A stretch of DNA of 63,187 nt, counting the filler, from Sluysia triapertura (Eukaryota), in NCBI GenBank assembly GCA_046118255.1. It is 4 parts of 4 records of this genome, joined end to end, with 100 filler letters (N's around TTAATTAATTAA, not from the genome) between each part and the next. Parts side by side here need not be neighbours in the genome. Positions count along the whole stretch, not along the records: positions 15,276 to 32,259 come from JBJNIA010194158.1; positions 32,360 to 49,946 come from JBJNIA010187168.1; 2 more parts are not named here. The stretch is one strand, 5' to 3'. Positions 25,231-39,289 of the stretch are shown one piece after another. The stretch's first letter is position 1. Each line of letters starts with the position of its first letter. Under the pieces are notes generated by a model. The model was not told where the DNA came from. It did no database searches and saw nothing but the letters and a program-made list of their open reading frames with translations. The translations under genes and the position numbers were made by a program.

Positions 25231-26363
25231 TTTTAAAATTACGTCTTAATATGCAAGTCAAGAAATTAATAAAGTGTAAAATGTAAAAGTGCAAACATAC
25301 ATAATTAGATATGCGCATGCATACAAACAAGAAGAATGTGAAAAGATAAGATAAAGTAATTTTGACAATAATAAAATTATAATGATAACAATTATGAGAA
25401 TGAAATTTTAATTGATTTATTACGTAGTTTAATGTGATAATGTTACGGTGATATGAACATATGATGAGAGTTATTATTTTGATAGAAGTTATGTTAACAA
25501 CAAATATAACTGATTATATATAATTATATATAATGACTATTGTTGTGTCTTTTAATACCTTTATTTTTCCAAATTATCAAATTAAAACTCAACAACAAAA
25601 TAATTCAAAATATCGATATATTCTTTTTGTTATCACAAGATTATAACCTCAATATATAAATAATTCTTTAAAACAATGAAAATACAAATTATACTTTATA
25701 ACAATAAATCACTCTTCAATGACAAATATTAACCAGGGATGACACAACTTATTTACGCAAAATACAAACGCCAAGAAAATGGTTTATTTTAGTCAACTAC
25801 TAATGAAATACAATAAATAAATAAATAATAAAAACTCGAGATTAAAGATAAAATTTAGTTGAATTTCTAAAGGATGCAATCAGTGTTTGACACTACTGTA
25901 TTGAATCAGCCTTTTTAAAGCAAAAGTATTAACTGTTATAATAATTTTCTTTGTGTTTTTTGATAGAAAAATATGATTATTTATAATTGCTAAGAAGTCA
26001 CGAATTTGACTTAATTATTGTGCATATCGATGAGAGTCGGATATATTCCTACCAATGTTATTAATTATATTTTAACATAAATTTCTGTTGAATTTCCGCT
26101 TTAACATTATGTAGCAATTATCCAAAGATAATGAGTTTTGTGGCAAACAAACTCTTATATTTTCAAAATAATAAAATTGAAATTTAAGATCATACTTTTC
26201 GGAATTTTTATTTACATAAGTTTTTTCCTTAAGAATTAAAATCCGACTTAACGTATTAAAGTTTTTCGTTTGTTTAACGCTAGTAATAAAATATTAATCA
26301 AAATATCGAAAATGAAGTATTATACCTCCGTACTTAATATTGCAATTAGATATTGTTTTACAG

Positions 26364-27020
26364 TGTTGGTATTGCCAAAATGTGGAATGGGCGATACGTA
26401 AGAAACATAAAACTACAAGGTATAAGAAAATTTGATGCAAAGTTATGAATAAAACATCATAAATATTATTGGAGTGATAATGATGAAGATGAAGAACCGA
26501 AGAATACCTGGAGTTGCGGAAACTTGTATAAAGTGTTGAGATATTGTGTAGGCTTGAGATCGACTTTGAGATCATTTAAGTCTTTATTGACCTTTAAGAA
26601 CCTTTGAGACCTTAACAAGCATGTAGAACCTTATAAAGTGGTTAAAATCTTTAAAATATTTTAAAAATACAATCATTGTTATTAATATTAAAGATAAATT
26701 TGATACAATAATAACTAATAAAAAGTAGAAAAGAATCTAGAAACTCTGGATTGCCTTATAAAGTACATTTTAACTTTGGAACCTTAATAAAACCTTTAGA
26801 TATAAAGTACGATTAAGTCTAAAAGTAGATTAATTAGTTAAAATTTTAATTTACTCAATTAAGGAAAAGTATATTTTTGTAAATAACTTTTGAATGGGAA
26901 TACTATGCCAAAGTTGAAGCTGTGCATTTATTTGTTTTAAAAGATCTTTCGAGGAAGATATGGTTTGACTGAATTCATGCAGAAAGGCCTTAATTTTGTG
27001 CAATGTCCAATTTTAATTAA
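26364..27020 (+). repeat. Dispersed LTR-like repeat, copy 1 (paired with 31554-32259)
   Basis: Both copies start TGTTGG(T/A)ATTGCCAAA and share collinear blocks such as AACCTTATAAAGTG.TTAAAATCTTTAAAAT, GATTAAGTCTAAAAGTAGA and TATGGTTTGAC.GA.TTCATGC. Confidence 0.75.
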
Positions 27021-28157
27021 TTTTTAATTATGGAATGTTGACTTTTTAATACTTAGAATGAGGAAAATATAATGAATTGAATATGGAATGATTGCCATTC
27101 AAAAGAGAATCTAGAATTGAGCTTGAAATGTCTGTAGAGTGGTTTATTTTAGAATAAGAACCTTGAACAATTTCCATAAGAGAATTGGGTATGAGAAACT
27201 GAAAATCAGTTAAATTCTAACAACTAAAATTAGATTCGTTACTTTTATGTATGTTAACAATACTAGTGATTGTTAATTAATGTAACTTAAAATGATAAAC
27301 TTCAATAAGTGGACTAACCGGAATCCGTGTTCTGACTACGGTGGTCAATCTTTCACTACTCTCAAATTTTATAAAAATCTTTTTTTCATAATACAACAAA
27401 ATCAAATACACCCTCAAAATCTACAATTCATATTCAAAAATTAATATAAAACAATATTAAACTAAACCAACACATTGTAAATAAAACCATACTCTTTAAC
27501 ATTTTAAAATTCTTATATTTATCTCCTCTACATTCACCAAAACAATTCACCTGCTAAAGTCAATTTAAATCCACAGTCTCATAACATCGAAAACACAATT
27601 ACATTCAAAACCATTAATTTACATTAAAAAATTCATCTAAAATATTTTATTCTTCATTTCTTAACAATTCAATCACAATCATGTTTGAATTTCAAACTAA
27701 TTCAAACATTCCAAATTCATGATCTGCATCACAGAAGTCTCAACTGCAATTAAGGACATCACTATTTTTATACATTAAACTACACCTTTATAACATAGTA
27801 ATAACTCATGATCTATTAACATTTTCAATCAGAAACATTGTTCCATCTAGAACACTAGGCTTAATTATTTAAAAGTTACTCAAACCCAGAAATCAGTAAT
27901 TAAAATTTATATTATAACGCCTTACGCAATATCTTATATCTTTAAGCCTTAACATAACTAATCCACAATTCTATAAGCTTCATTTTTTTAGAAGGTAAAG
28001 TTTATAAAGAAAGATCATGTAAAGTTTATTATAAGAATTTATGTAAATTTTATAGTAATAATAATAATATTGCGTATTATTATTTTTATCATTTTTATCA
28101 TTAGTGTTATTATTATTTTAAATTTTAAAGTGAAAAATTTTATACAAACCACCAATT

Positions 28158-28333
28158 ACCGCCATCAATGTTGGTATCACTAATAACTATGTATAAATTT
28201 ACATCAACATTGATGGTGGCTCATCCCTAAATCAATGTACTCCTTTTTAATTACTCTCTATTTTTACTGGTCATCCAACCAGAGCAAAAATAACTGTAGC
28301 TTTCATCTCAATGCCTCTGGTTGGATGACCAAT
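28158..28333. ncRNA. Double-hairpin structured element, copy B
   Basis: Stem 1 is 28158-28177/28201-28220 with a 23-nt loop. Stem 2 has a perfect 17-bp helix TGGTCATCCAACCAGAG/CTCTGGTTGGATGACCA (28268-28284/28315-28331). Confidence 0.65.
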
Positions 28334-28431
28334 CAATGGCTATGGCATACAAACGTTACTTATCGGCATAAATTATTAATAACGATTCTTTAGAAACTTT
28401 AAAAAATCTTTTTACAACGGTAACATCAAAA

Positions 28432-29115
28432 ATGACTATTTTAAAATGTACGAACGACGATAAAATATCAATTAGAAGTTCCTTGTTAATTATAATGCAA
28501 CTACGTGATCTTCGGAATACATGTTGTGATTTCAACAAAATCTTAGTACTTAAATTTCGTTCAACAATTCCAGGATTATTCCATGATATTCCAGACAAAA
28601 ACGATGATTACAATGAGAGTTATGTTAATTACAACGACTCTGAAAACCATACAATGATTGAAGTTGATGAAACGACAAAATTTAGCAAAGTTTTAGAAGT
28701 CATTTCAGATTCAACAACGAGAAAATTTCGTAATGGGTTAGATAAGTTACATGATTTTATAGAATTTTGGGAAATGTTGATTAATGTCATTCATGAAAAA
28801 TGTCTTATAACAATCCATACAAATTTCAAGGAGTTAGTTCGTAATATAACCCGATCTAAAGGATTTGATGTATTATTAGTCAATCACAATGTACATTCAA
28901 ATGTCCATGATCATACCATATGTATCGAAAGGATAAATGAAATAGTACCAATAGAGACAAAACAACCTAATAAAGATAGAATGATTAGGAATACGGCAAA
29001 TGTATTATATACTACCTGTCAAAAAGATGCCACAATTCAGTCTGATAATGCACAAAATATCAAAATATGTTCAATGTTTGCCCTTACAATGCTTATCAGT
29101 ATGGGATATGTTTAA
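28432..29115 (+). CDS. Orphan 227-aa ORF
   Basis: Long uninterrupted ATG ORF in very AT-rich DNA, ~100 bp downstream of hairpin copy B. No recognisable domain. Confidence 0.5.
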   Translation: MTILKCTNDDKISIRSSLLIIMQLRDLRNTCCDFNKILVLKFRSTIPGLFHDIPDKNDDYNESYVNYNDSENHTMIEVDETTKFSKVLEVISDSTTRKFRNGLDKLHDFIEFWEMLINVIHEKCLITIHTNFKELVRNITRSKGFDVLLVNHNVHSNVHDHTICIERINEIVPIETKQPNKDRMIRNTANVLYTTCQKDATIQSDNAQNIKICSMFALTMLISMGYV

Positions 29116-29530
29116 GATTCAAATCTACATGTAGATTTGCACACACGATCAGTCAGCTGCAGGAACCAATGTTGGCCCCAACGATCATCAACTAACAGAT
29201 AGAAGCAGAATAGAACAATTATTGATGTCCTTGTATAACAATCCGATGAATACAAAATTTGATGAAATTCCGTCATCAAATCAATGATGCTGATTTTTTA
29301 TAAGTTTTATAAAACTCATGACGAAATCTTATTAGTTATCCCTTTTATTTTAGGTTTTGGAACTAGTTTAGAAATCACATGGCACATTTTGATCAATAAA
29401 ATTAAAGAAATGTGTTATTTTTATTTTAAATCGTATGGCCCTCAAATAATGTGTTTTATAAGTCATGAATTTAAAATTTTTGTAATTTTTGTAATTTTAT
29501 TCATCTAATCCATAAAAAACAATTACCAAA

Positions 29531-29565
29531 CTGACCACTGATCTATCAGCCCGTCTAACAATTTT
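29531..29565 (-). mobile_element. Fragment of the tRNA-containing LTR-like element
   Basis: ACCACTGATCTATCAGCCCGTCTAACAATT matches 41231-41260. Confidence 0.65.
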
Positions 29566-31553
29566 GTTTTAGTATATTCAATTATACTATCATTATTTTG
29601 TGACCCTTTAGCTTGTACCCCAGCAAAATTAAAAGTAATTTAAGTGAAAGTAGATCCAGTAGAGTAAAGGAAAATAATGTTTGATTAATCATCAAATTTG
29701 TGTTCTGTATTTGACCGTATAACTGTCAAAGTTATCATTGCCGATTTAATTCTCAAAGAATATTTTCATAAATTCGATGAGGTAAGAGAAAGCACAAAAA
29801 GGAATACTTAAAAATGTTACAAAATAAGTAACAAAACGTTAGTACTGCTGATATGTTGATAGAAGATCCATGAATCGGTAAATTTTTGAATTTTTATTTA
29901 TTTTATTATTTTAATTTTATTATTTCATTGTTAATTAAAGATAGTTTTTTGCGAAGTTCGCTCATTTATTTATAACAATTACATTTTTTAACATTCTTGT
30001 TTGTTAATTAATTGAAGAGTAAACTTCATTTGTAGTTTAGAAGAAAATTTAATTTTACATCTAATATTGTCGGGTCATTTAACTTCATTAAATCTATGAT
30101 ATTTTCTATTACTATAGTTACTGGTATTTCCATAAACACATTTACTAATTCATCAATTAATATATTAGTTTTTATTAAAGTTTTAGGTTGTTCTAATCTT
30201 TCAGCGAAACTTATTTTTCTTAACAACTAACTTGCTTTAAAATGGTACGGATTATCTGCCCGACTTAATTCTTTGTTTTTTAAATTTATCTAAATTCAAT
30301 TTAAAAATTTTATCTAAATTTTCAACGATATTTTTATCTTCCGTTAACTCCGACAGAAATGTATTTACTTCTTAATTTAATGTTTGTTCTGGTATGTTCC
30401 ACTCTCCACTGTCCATCTGCTCTCATTAACCGAAATAATTATTGTCTCGGAATCTGAATATGTATCATTAATGGATTCCTCTTGATCGAATAGACTTATT
30501 ATTTTTGAGAAACATTCTTCTTTTTTATTCTCTTCTTCACTAATTAACAATATCGGTTTCTCATCTTCTCCTTCCTCTTCCTTCATCATCAACTATGACA
30601 CCGATATCTTTTTCCCATCTCCCATCTTCCTTTCTTCTTCAAGTTCTTGAGCAATTTTAACTATTTTAGGTTTTCGTTGTTCTTATGCTAATTGTAATTC
30701 CTTTTTCCTTTTCTTTTAAGAGTTCCATAAAATAGTTATGTAGATAATTATAAACATATATTCGTCATCATGTTTGCTTCTTGATTGATTTCTTCTTTAC
30801 TCTGAATAACAACCGTCATCGCTTTGCGGAACTCTCGTAACATCTCTTCTTCTTCTGTTACAATTCTTGGGTGTCATTCGTACCTATAATCTTCATATTC
30901 TTTCATATAATCTTCATATCATAATTAAAATTTATTTGCCCTCAATTTTTGTCCTTGTCGAATTTTACTATTTTCGGTGGAGCTTTTCTGGAACTTGTAT
31001 TCAGTTCTTACTTGAAAGTTTCTTATTTTAATAATATGTTGGGATATTATATAAAAATATTGACAAAATTATTATTAGCAATAATAAAAGTAATAATAGA
31101 AATTTTCAACAATATTTTATTATAATAATAAGTCTTTTCTAATAGTCGAATAAAGCCGATAGTCAATAATATTATTGTTAATGGTCAATAATAAAGTCAA
31201 AAACAGAAACAATTTATTATATTTTAAACAATTTACAAAATAACAATTTTCTGAAAAATGAAATTATTATTACCAGAAACAAATTAAAATCTATAATAAT
31301 CATAAATATCAATCTTAATCTAATTATATTTAAATTAAAATAAACAGAAATCCCCTAAAACAACAAAATTGTCTACTAAATATGAGAGAGCGAATCCCTC
31401 CAATATACTTTAGTTTTAACTAAATATAGAAGAAAATAGAAAATGTTAGAATAAAATATATCTTAATATTTATTTAAACTAAAATTTTATTTTAAGTAGC
31501 TCAATAATAAACTTTAAGTCATTATGCCAAAATATACCTTAACAATATCTATT

Positions 31554-32259
31554 TGTTGGAATTGCCAAACTGTAAGATCAGAAGATGAGTGAGAAATATA
31601 TAGAATTATTAGATAAAAGAAACAACTGATACAAGTGATGGATTGAACATCTATAATAATGTTATTACTTAAAGAATACCTCTGAGTTCCAAAGACCTAT
31701 ATAAGGGTTTAAGATCTTATGGAATCTTGAGATGGACTTGAAGAACTTTTGGAAGCATTAAGGCACCTTTGAACTTTAGAATCTTTGGATCATTTAAGAC
31801 CTTAGCAACCTTCAAGCACTTGAGATCTTTAAGTAACCTTATAAAGTGTTTAAAATCTTTAAAATGGTTGAGAAATAAAATCTTTGTTCAAAATAATTAA
31901 GATAAGTTCTTTATAATAATAATTAACTTGGAGAAGTAGAAAAAGGAATCAGAGATGTGAAGGTGAAAACATCTAGAGCCTCCTGAATGCCTTATAAACT
32001 ACTAAAAACTTTAGAACCTCAATAAAACATTTAAACATAAAATAAGATTAAGTCTAAAAGTAGAATTAATTAATTAAAGTCTTAATTAACTTAATTAAGA
32101 AAAAGCAATTTTTTGTGAATAACTTTTGAATGCGGAATGCTATGTTAAATTTGAAAATGTGTATGTATTTGTTTTGAAAAGGCCTTTCGATGAAGGTATG
32201 GTTTGACCGAGTTCATGCGAGGAAAGCCTTAATATTGAGCAAAGTCAAATTTTAATTAA
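31554..32259 (+). repeat. Dispersed LTR-like repeat, copy 2 (runs into gap)
   Basis: Collinear with 26364-27020 and clearly diverged. Confidence 0.75.
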
Positions 32260-32589
32260 NNNNNNNNNNNNNNNNNNNNNNNNNNNNNNNNNNNNNNNNN
32301 NNNTTAATTAATTAANNNNNNNNNNNNNNNNNNNNNNNNNNNNNNNNNNNNNNNNNNNNTGATGAAGTGTTTGATGAATGGATGTTATGAATTGTTTGGA
32401 GTGAATGTAGTGGTTTCTTGAGTTGTGAGTGTTTGAAATATGGATTGTTTCGTTGGTGAATGTGAGTTGGAAAAGTGTTATGGTTGTGTATTATTGTTTT
32501 ATGTGATGAATTGTGTGGTGAGTATAGTTGCAGAATATGGTTGTGATAAATTTTATTTCTGTGGAGTTATTTTAAATCTTAACTTACGG

Positions 32590-33800
32590 AGTTGGCCACT
32601 ACACAACGCATCGTAATCTTCTTTTATTCTTTGCACCCACTGATTGAGGTATTTCATCAGGAAAATGCCGACCACTTAGTCTCACTGGTGTTGCTTCATT
32701 TGATAATCTATCAACTCTTGCATTTCATTCAACACGATACTTTCGATCAATTCCTTTGCCAAATGCAACATGAAACACTGAAGTGCTGGCACAAACTATT
32801 GAATTTTCGAAATACTATATCCATCAAGTGTTTCGCCCAGTGTTTGTGTATAACATTTGCATGTCTACATTATCAACTGCGCCAATTTTTTTACAATAAT
32901 CAACAACACATGTTGGTTTCAAGTTGCTTTACGGTTGATAATGTCTATTTTATCAGTCTGCAAAATAGTGCACTTGTGTAAGGATGAAAGCATGCGAATT
33001 TCTCGTTTATCTGTCCACTTGACCGCAAGTAAATTATCCGCTGAAAATTCTTGTGCATAACCTCTTTTCATGTTTCCTGCAAATTTCGGTAAATTCTTTC
33101 TACTTTTCTTGATTGTTCCACAAGCACCTGTTTTTTCTCGAATGATAATTGGAAACGCAAAAGAGAGTGTCCAACATTAAGTAAGTCTGCATCAGCTCCA
33201 CAACAATTCATCCACTGATTCAATTTCTTGATTCATAACTATTTGACTTCCTTTTCCACAATTAACTGCTTTTGATTAGCAGTTAACGACAAACGGCCTT
33301 TCCAAATAACTCAGCTTTCATCGACATGTATAAGTCTTTTGAAGGAACATTAAATGAACTGAACTTTTTTATCAGTGAAGTCATGAGAATAAATGTTGCA
33401 AAAAACATATACTTTTCACCAATGGAAACATGTTTTCCCAAGAACTTCTGTCCTACCTTTTTGATTTATTTGGTTCATGATAAATATTTGTTTGTTTGGT
33501 AATGATTTCCATCCATTCATCATAGAAAAAAATATTCAAATGTATAAACTGGTTCCCCTGACTCAGCGTTTTCAATGCGTACACCAGATGTTTGTTGAAA
33601 TGGAAACAATTTCGGCGTGAATGAATTGCAATAAGTCCAATAGTGGAATCTTCTTGGTCATATTCGTCAGTTGATGATAAATCAGAATCACCGGATTGGT
33701 TTCACTCATACCTAATATATAGAATGAGTATTCAAACTGAAACAGAGTATTTTGCTATCGCGTATGTATTTCCCTCGTGTTTCGTTACCTTTCTTCTACG
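32590..33800 (-). pseudogene. piggyBac (PGBD4-like) transposase pseudogene
   Basis: Manual translation gives IHVDES*VIWKGRLS, TGACGTI, LAVKWTDKREIRMLSSLH and KPTCVVDYCKKIGAVDNVDM in the expected order. Confidence 0.9.
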
Positions 33801-34976
33801 CCAGGCTGATTTATAGAGTTCGATAACAGAAAATGACATTCTCAAAAAACTAGAAAATTCTAGAATGTTCGAGACATTGATTTTTATAGGATGATAACTA
33901 ATATATATTACGGCATCAGTTCAGCTCTCTACACAATTGCTTTATTTCAAAAAATTTCATTCTTTTAAAAATTTTTAACGATTTGGATTTTCAATTTTTA
34001 GAATTAAGGTTTGCTGAAGATTTTTTAACGAAGTGAATTTTTAGTTTTAGAATTAAATTTTTAAGAAAGAGTTTTGACGATAAGATTAACGCCAACTTAA
34101 TGAAGGAAAAAATTTATCATTAAAATTTTAATCAGCCAAGTTAAAAGCCTCTAAAGGTTATAATTTTAAAGTTGTACATTCATCTTCTTCAAATTATTAT
34201 AATTGTTTTAAATCGAATTTTTAAAGTTTTAAAGTATGTCTTATTTATTTTTAAATTTTTATATTAATTTTAAATTTAAAATATTGATTTTTAAATATAA
34301 ATTGTATTTTTTAAATCTGGTCAAGGTCAAGAAAAATTTATATAAATAGTACTACAATTTCAAAAAATGTTTACAACACATAATCGATTTAAATTTCAAT
34401 TTTCAAGTCTATTTACATTTCAATTTCAAAACAGTTCTAAAACCGAGTTAATAATTTTCGATCGGCACAGAATTCATGACAGAAAGGACTATTGATCAGA
34501 TTTTTCAATTTATATAAGCGTTATAAGGTTTGATATCCTAGCGATATCTACGAAAAATGCAGGTAAAATTAATTAATATTAATATTAGATCTTTTATTAG
34601 ATCTTCGCAAAATCATTTATTAAAATAACATTAAAATTAGAATTATTTTTAATTCTAACTTAAATTATATCATTATCATTTTCTGCTTATAATTTGTATA
34701 AATTCTTTTATTTATTAGTAGGTAATAAAATTTCAATAACAGCTACCAGTTCTTTTTATTAGATAGTTTTAATTATAAAATCTACACTACCAAAAAAGTT
34801 TTCTATAGTTGGATTTTAATTATCAACGATCCTTTTCACAGGATCCTCGCAAAATACTAATTAAAAATATAACTAAATTACAAAACCTCCAGAATTATTA
34901 AAAGCTTTTAAAGTTACGATCCACTAAAGAAGTTTTCCTTCTCAACCAACTCCGAAGCTCTTTTACTCTTATATAC

Positions 34977-35028
34977 AAAATCCAACGGCTGGCCCTAGCT
35001 GGTAAGTCCAGTACGTTGGTGAACTCAT
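34977..35028 (+). repeat. Leader-hairpin motif family copy
   Basis: AAAATCCAACGGCTGGCCCTAGCTGGTAAGTCCAGTACGTTGGTGAACTCA. Upstream TCTTCGCAAAATCATT (~34602) also matches the 47.7-kb region in reverse complement. Confidence 0.85.
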
Positions 35029-37161
35029 TTTAAGCTTTTATTCTATTGCACTTTTCAGAAATATTATGGTGAATGATTTAATTTAAGCGCTTTTGAGTAC
35101 TTATGCAGTAGATATGAACGCAATATAAATTAATATATTATTATTATCAAGTTATGTTATAAAAAGGATTTGGATCTTTAACGAAAACAAAATATTTTCA
35201 TTTCTTTGCATTGATTTCTGATTATCTGAATAGGATTTGAACGGTGAACAAGTTATTTATTGCTTAAGTGACATGCAATTGTAAATTTGTAATTTATATT
35301 ATGTATTTATAATAATATTATTATTACAAATAAATATTATAAATTATATGTAATTATAATAATAATTATTATAAACGTTATTACAAAAAAATAATAAATT
35401 AACTAAAAGTTTTAATTTTTCAAGTAATAAGAAAAATAGAATGCAATTAATAAAAATATTTTGATACAAAAAAGCAAAAATATTAATGGATTATTTCAAA
35501 AACAAAATAATAGAAATATTAATTGATTATTTTTTAATGCAATTAGAGATATTTTTAATGTAATGTAAACAATATTAATGAACAATTTTAATGCAAAAAA
35601 CCAAATAATGGAAACATTAATTAATTAATGCAAACAATATTAATGAAGATATTTTTAATGGTATAAATCGAGAGAATTTTTGTTAAACACAACTTTATTT
35701 CATACGAATAAATGAGGAAATTGCAAGAATATTTACGCGATCTGATCAGTTTATATATAGTCCATCGATATTATCAAGCAGTAAGTTTACTTAATAGAAA
35801 ATTGTAAGCTCTTAATTTTTAAAAGTGTTATAATATTTGACTGAAAATCATTAATTTGCGTTAGTTCTTAAAACCAAACATAAAATCTTATTAAAATACG
35901 AATTAATTTCGATCGAGCCGTAAGACTCTATCGAGCTTAACTATTATTTTATTATAATTTTGTTTTTATAACTTTGTTTATATTACTAAATTATTTTTCA
36001 TATTACTGTTTTTACTAGTAGTTATTTATTGCAATATTCCTAACATAAACGTAGTTGATAAAATATATTATCTAAACTCTTTTCAAATTACATTCGTCGT
36101 TTTAAAAGAACTATTCGGAATTAATTCGCCATATCGAATATTCACGTTACTTTCAACTATGCCAATTGTAAGTCATATATTGTAAGCGAACTTCAATTTT
36201 CTTCATTTTGCTCATAAGTTTGTTTAATGTATAAACACAGCACAATGATTCCTTGAATGGCTTTTACATTAAATTCATCTGATGTAAGAGAATGTTTAAA
36301 ATGTTTAATTGCTTATTTTTAAAAAATGGATTCGATTCCATTGTTATATTCAAGAGAGTCTGGACGAAGTTGAGCTCTTTCTTGCATATAAATGCAATGC
36401 TGTAAAGATAAATGATAAGCCTGATGGTGATTTTCTAAATTCACGAACTTTACTTTCGCAATCATATAAATCTCGTTAATTTCGTTATTAAGTCATCTTT
36501 CACTATATTTACATCGTTCTTTGTAGAAGCCGACTCTTCATTTTTTGATTTCGTGTTTTCCGTTTTATGTAATGAAAATAAATATTAATCAATGGATATT
36601 CTTGTTTAAGTTTGAACAGTTAAAGAGAAAGATGTGTGATAGAGGGTTAAGGTAGAGAATTAAGAGGAGTTGAAATTGTTTCTATAGAAATTTCATTGTT
36701 ATAATTTTACGATTATTTTTGTTTTATGTTGTTGGTTAAGTATTTATGTGATTATGTACATGCATTATATTTTAGTGTTAAGTGTAATATTTTGTTTATT
36801 TTTACTATTTGGCAATGTGCATTATTTTTGTGAAATTTTAAATGATAGATTTGAACCACCACAAAAGGTACGTCATCTTTACGTCATATGGAGCATCTGT
36901 AACTGTACCTTGCTAAAATTTATTTTGCCGTGGGTTACGACATAAAGAAATCCCAGCATTTAGTTATTTTATTTCTACATGTATGTTTATAATAAGAAAG
37001 ATCATACAAAATTTAGCACAATAGTCTTATTCATTAAAAACATGCATAAATAATTAAGAATTCCAAAAGAAACAAAAATGACGAACTCATTCGATTTGTG
37101 AAAAATTATTTTACTTATGCTAAAATTCCTCATTTAATTAGCAAATGATATAAAAGCTTAC

Positions 37162-37399
37162 TTTTGTACTTGCAAGCAATGACCAGCTGTAATAATCCAA
37201 TTATTAGAGATCAGACTTCCTCCACAAATGTGACTGTCGTTCTTCACCCATTCCCAATTCATATACATTGGATCTCGAATTTCAATATTTTTTTTCAATT
37301 GTGAATTCTTTACAGAAACTAAAAAAGGCCATTTACCTAGACTGCTAATCTCTCCGCGAACTACACGTTTTTGTCGAAAGTATTCGTAAGTTTGGCTTC
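37162..37399 (-). CDS. Exon of a trypsin-like (S1A) serine protease: activation site and catalytic His
   Basis: Bounded by TTCTAG| and |GTAAG. The open frame reads SQTYEYFRQKR-VVRGEISSLGKWPFLVSV...SHICGGSLISNNWIITAGHCLQVQ. Exons for the catalytic Asp and Ser were not found. Confidence 0.9.
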
Positions 37400-39289
37400 C
37401 TAGAATGCAAATTAAAACAAATATTGTATTTTGATAATATTACTAATTAATCAAAATAAATAAATTACCACTTTTTCCAAAATTTAAAAGTATATAGTTT
37501 ATAATTATAAACTTTATTATTTAATCAGATTAGGATTGGCTAACAGTAAATATAGACTTAAATTAAATCTAAATAAATCTTAATAGAAATTTAATTATTT
37601 AGAATCACATCATATATGTTAAGATAAGGTATAATTGTACACAAATTATAAAATTATAGTTTTAGTGTCCGTTTGTTTTGTTATTGTGGTTCATATCACG
37701 ACTGAAATTTAAGTCAAAATTAAAAATAAAGTCAATGACAACAGACACAAAGTTAAAATTAAGTTTAAAACTAACTTTAAAATGAAAGAATAAAAAGGCT
37801 AAAGTAGGGTTAGAGCTAAAGTTAAATTTGAAATTAAAATTTAAGTTAAAAACAGGATCAAAAATAATATCGAAAATAAGGGTCAGACCAAGAACAGAGT
37901 TAAAATCTGATACAAACTAAAAACATGAAGTTGAGAGTGAACATAACAGCTAATGTGCTATGGTTTTATATCCTAAACTTAACCTAATCAGCAAAAATAG
38001 ATTAGTAGAGTCCGTCTATAATATGCTACTTACGAATGATGTAATTACTGTGTATATTCAATGGGATACCTTACTAGCTAAGTTAGGAATCCTTATAATT
38101 AGAAAAAATCGGCACGCTTCTTATATTCGTAAGACGTATTTTATTCTGCACTAAAACGTATTTTATATTAAATGTTAATGTAATCTTTACTATAAAATCG
38201 TTTAATAATTAATATTCTAATTTCTTTCTTTTAAATTAAAAATATGAGACTAAATATCAAATAATTTTACATATTTATTATAAACACTTCTAACAAAATT
38301 ATACAAAAACAATGATGATAAGAGTAGTAATAAATGTAAGACGAATTGTTTATATGATAGTAATAACAACGAAGAATACGAATGTAATACGTAAATAGAT
38401 TAACAACAATGATAATAACAAAAATATGTTTTCAAAGAACCTAGTCTAATATAGGTCCGGTCAAATTTTTATTAATTGTTCAAAAAGATTTTGTCACTGG
38501 TCTTAAGGACCAACGAAAATATGAATCGCTTGAGTAGTATTTTTTAACTCTATTCGAGTTTACAAAACTTATCAAATTAGACTTACTACTTGAATGTTAC
38601 TCGATAAAATAAATTATAGTTGTCCGCTGATGTATCGACGATTATTGTTGATACCCAAATTGATTGTTTATAATCGTCAGTAAATTTAATGTCGTTTCGG
38701 AATCACTTGATAGCATTAAATCAATTTTGGCTGTTCAAAAGTACTAGCTACTTTTCTTGTATAATCTCTTAGTGAATTGCTTTGTAAATTTATTTGCGTA
38801 TTTCTTTGTAACTATTTTTGTAACTATATATTATAGTGGATGAAGGCGTATTATAATTATAAATTTTATGTTTAATATTAGAAAAGTCATCATTAACATA
38901 ATTTGTATTATCATTAGTTTTTTTATATTATTTAATTGATTATAGAAATTGTTATCCACATTTACGTAAATATAATTAAGAAATTGGTGCTTAAGGCACA
39001 TGAAAAGTTTATTATCACGAAAACTTTTAAAACAAAAGTAACACGAGATTTCTTTATTTAGTGTCAACAGTCGTTTTATTGTTATTCTTGAAACACATTA
39101 AAAAAAAGAAATCAAATATGTAACGCTTACATTCTCGACGGGCAACAGTTCCAGCTGACTTGGGGTCAATGCACTGTTCATTACCGTTAAAATGAGTGTG
39201 GATAACTTGCTTATGACCCAAGATGTCAATTTGGCTCTCATATAGACACACTCTACTTCTCCTTTCAATAGTATCTTTAAGCTTTTATT

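Noticed and set aside
36100-36560. Possible hAT transposase remnant (QHCIYMQE, similar to HCxxHQE)
   Set aside because: A single degenerate motif, with no TIRs or other motifs confirmed.
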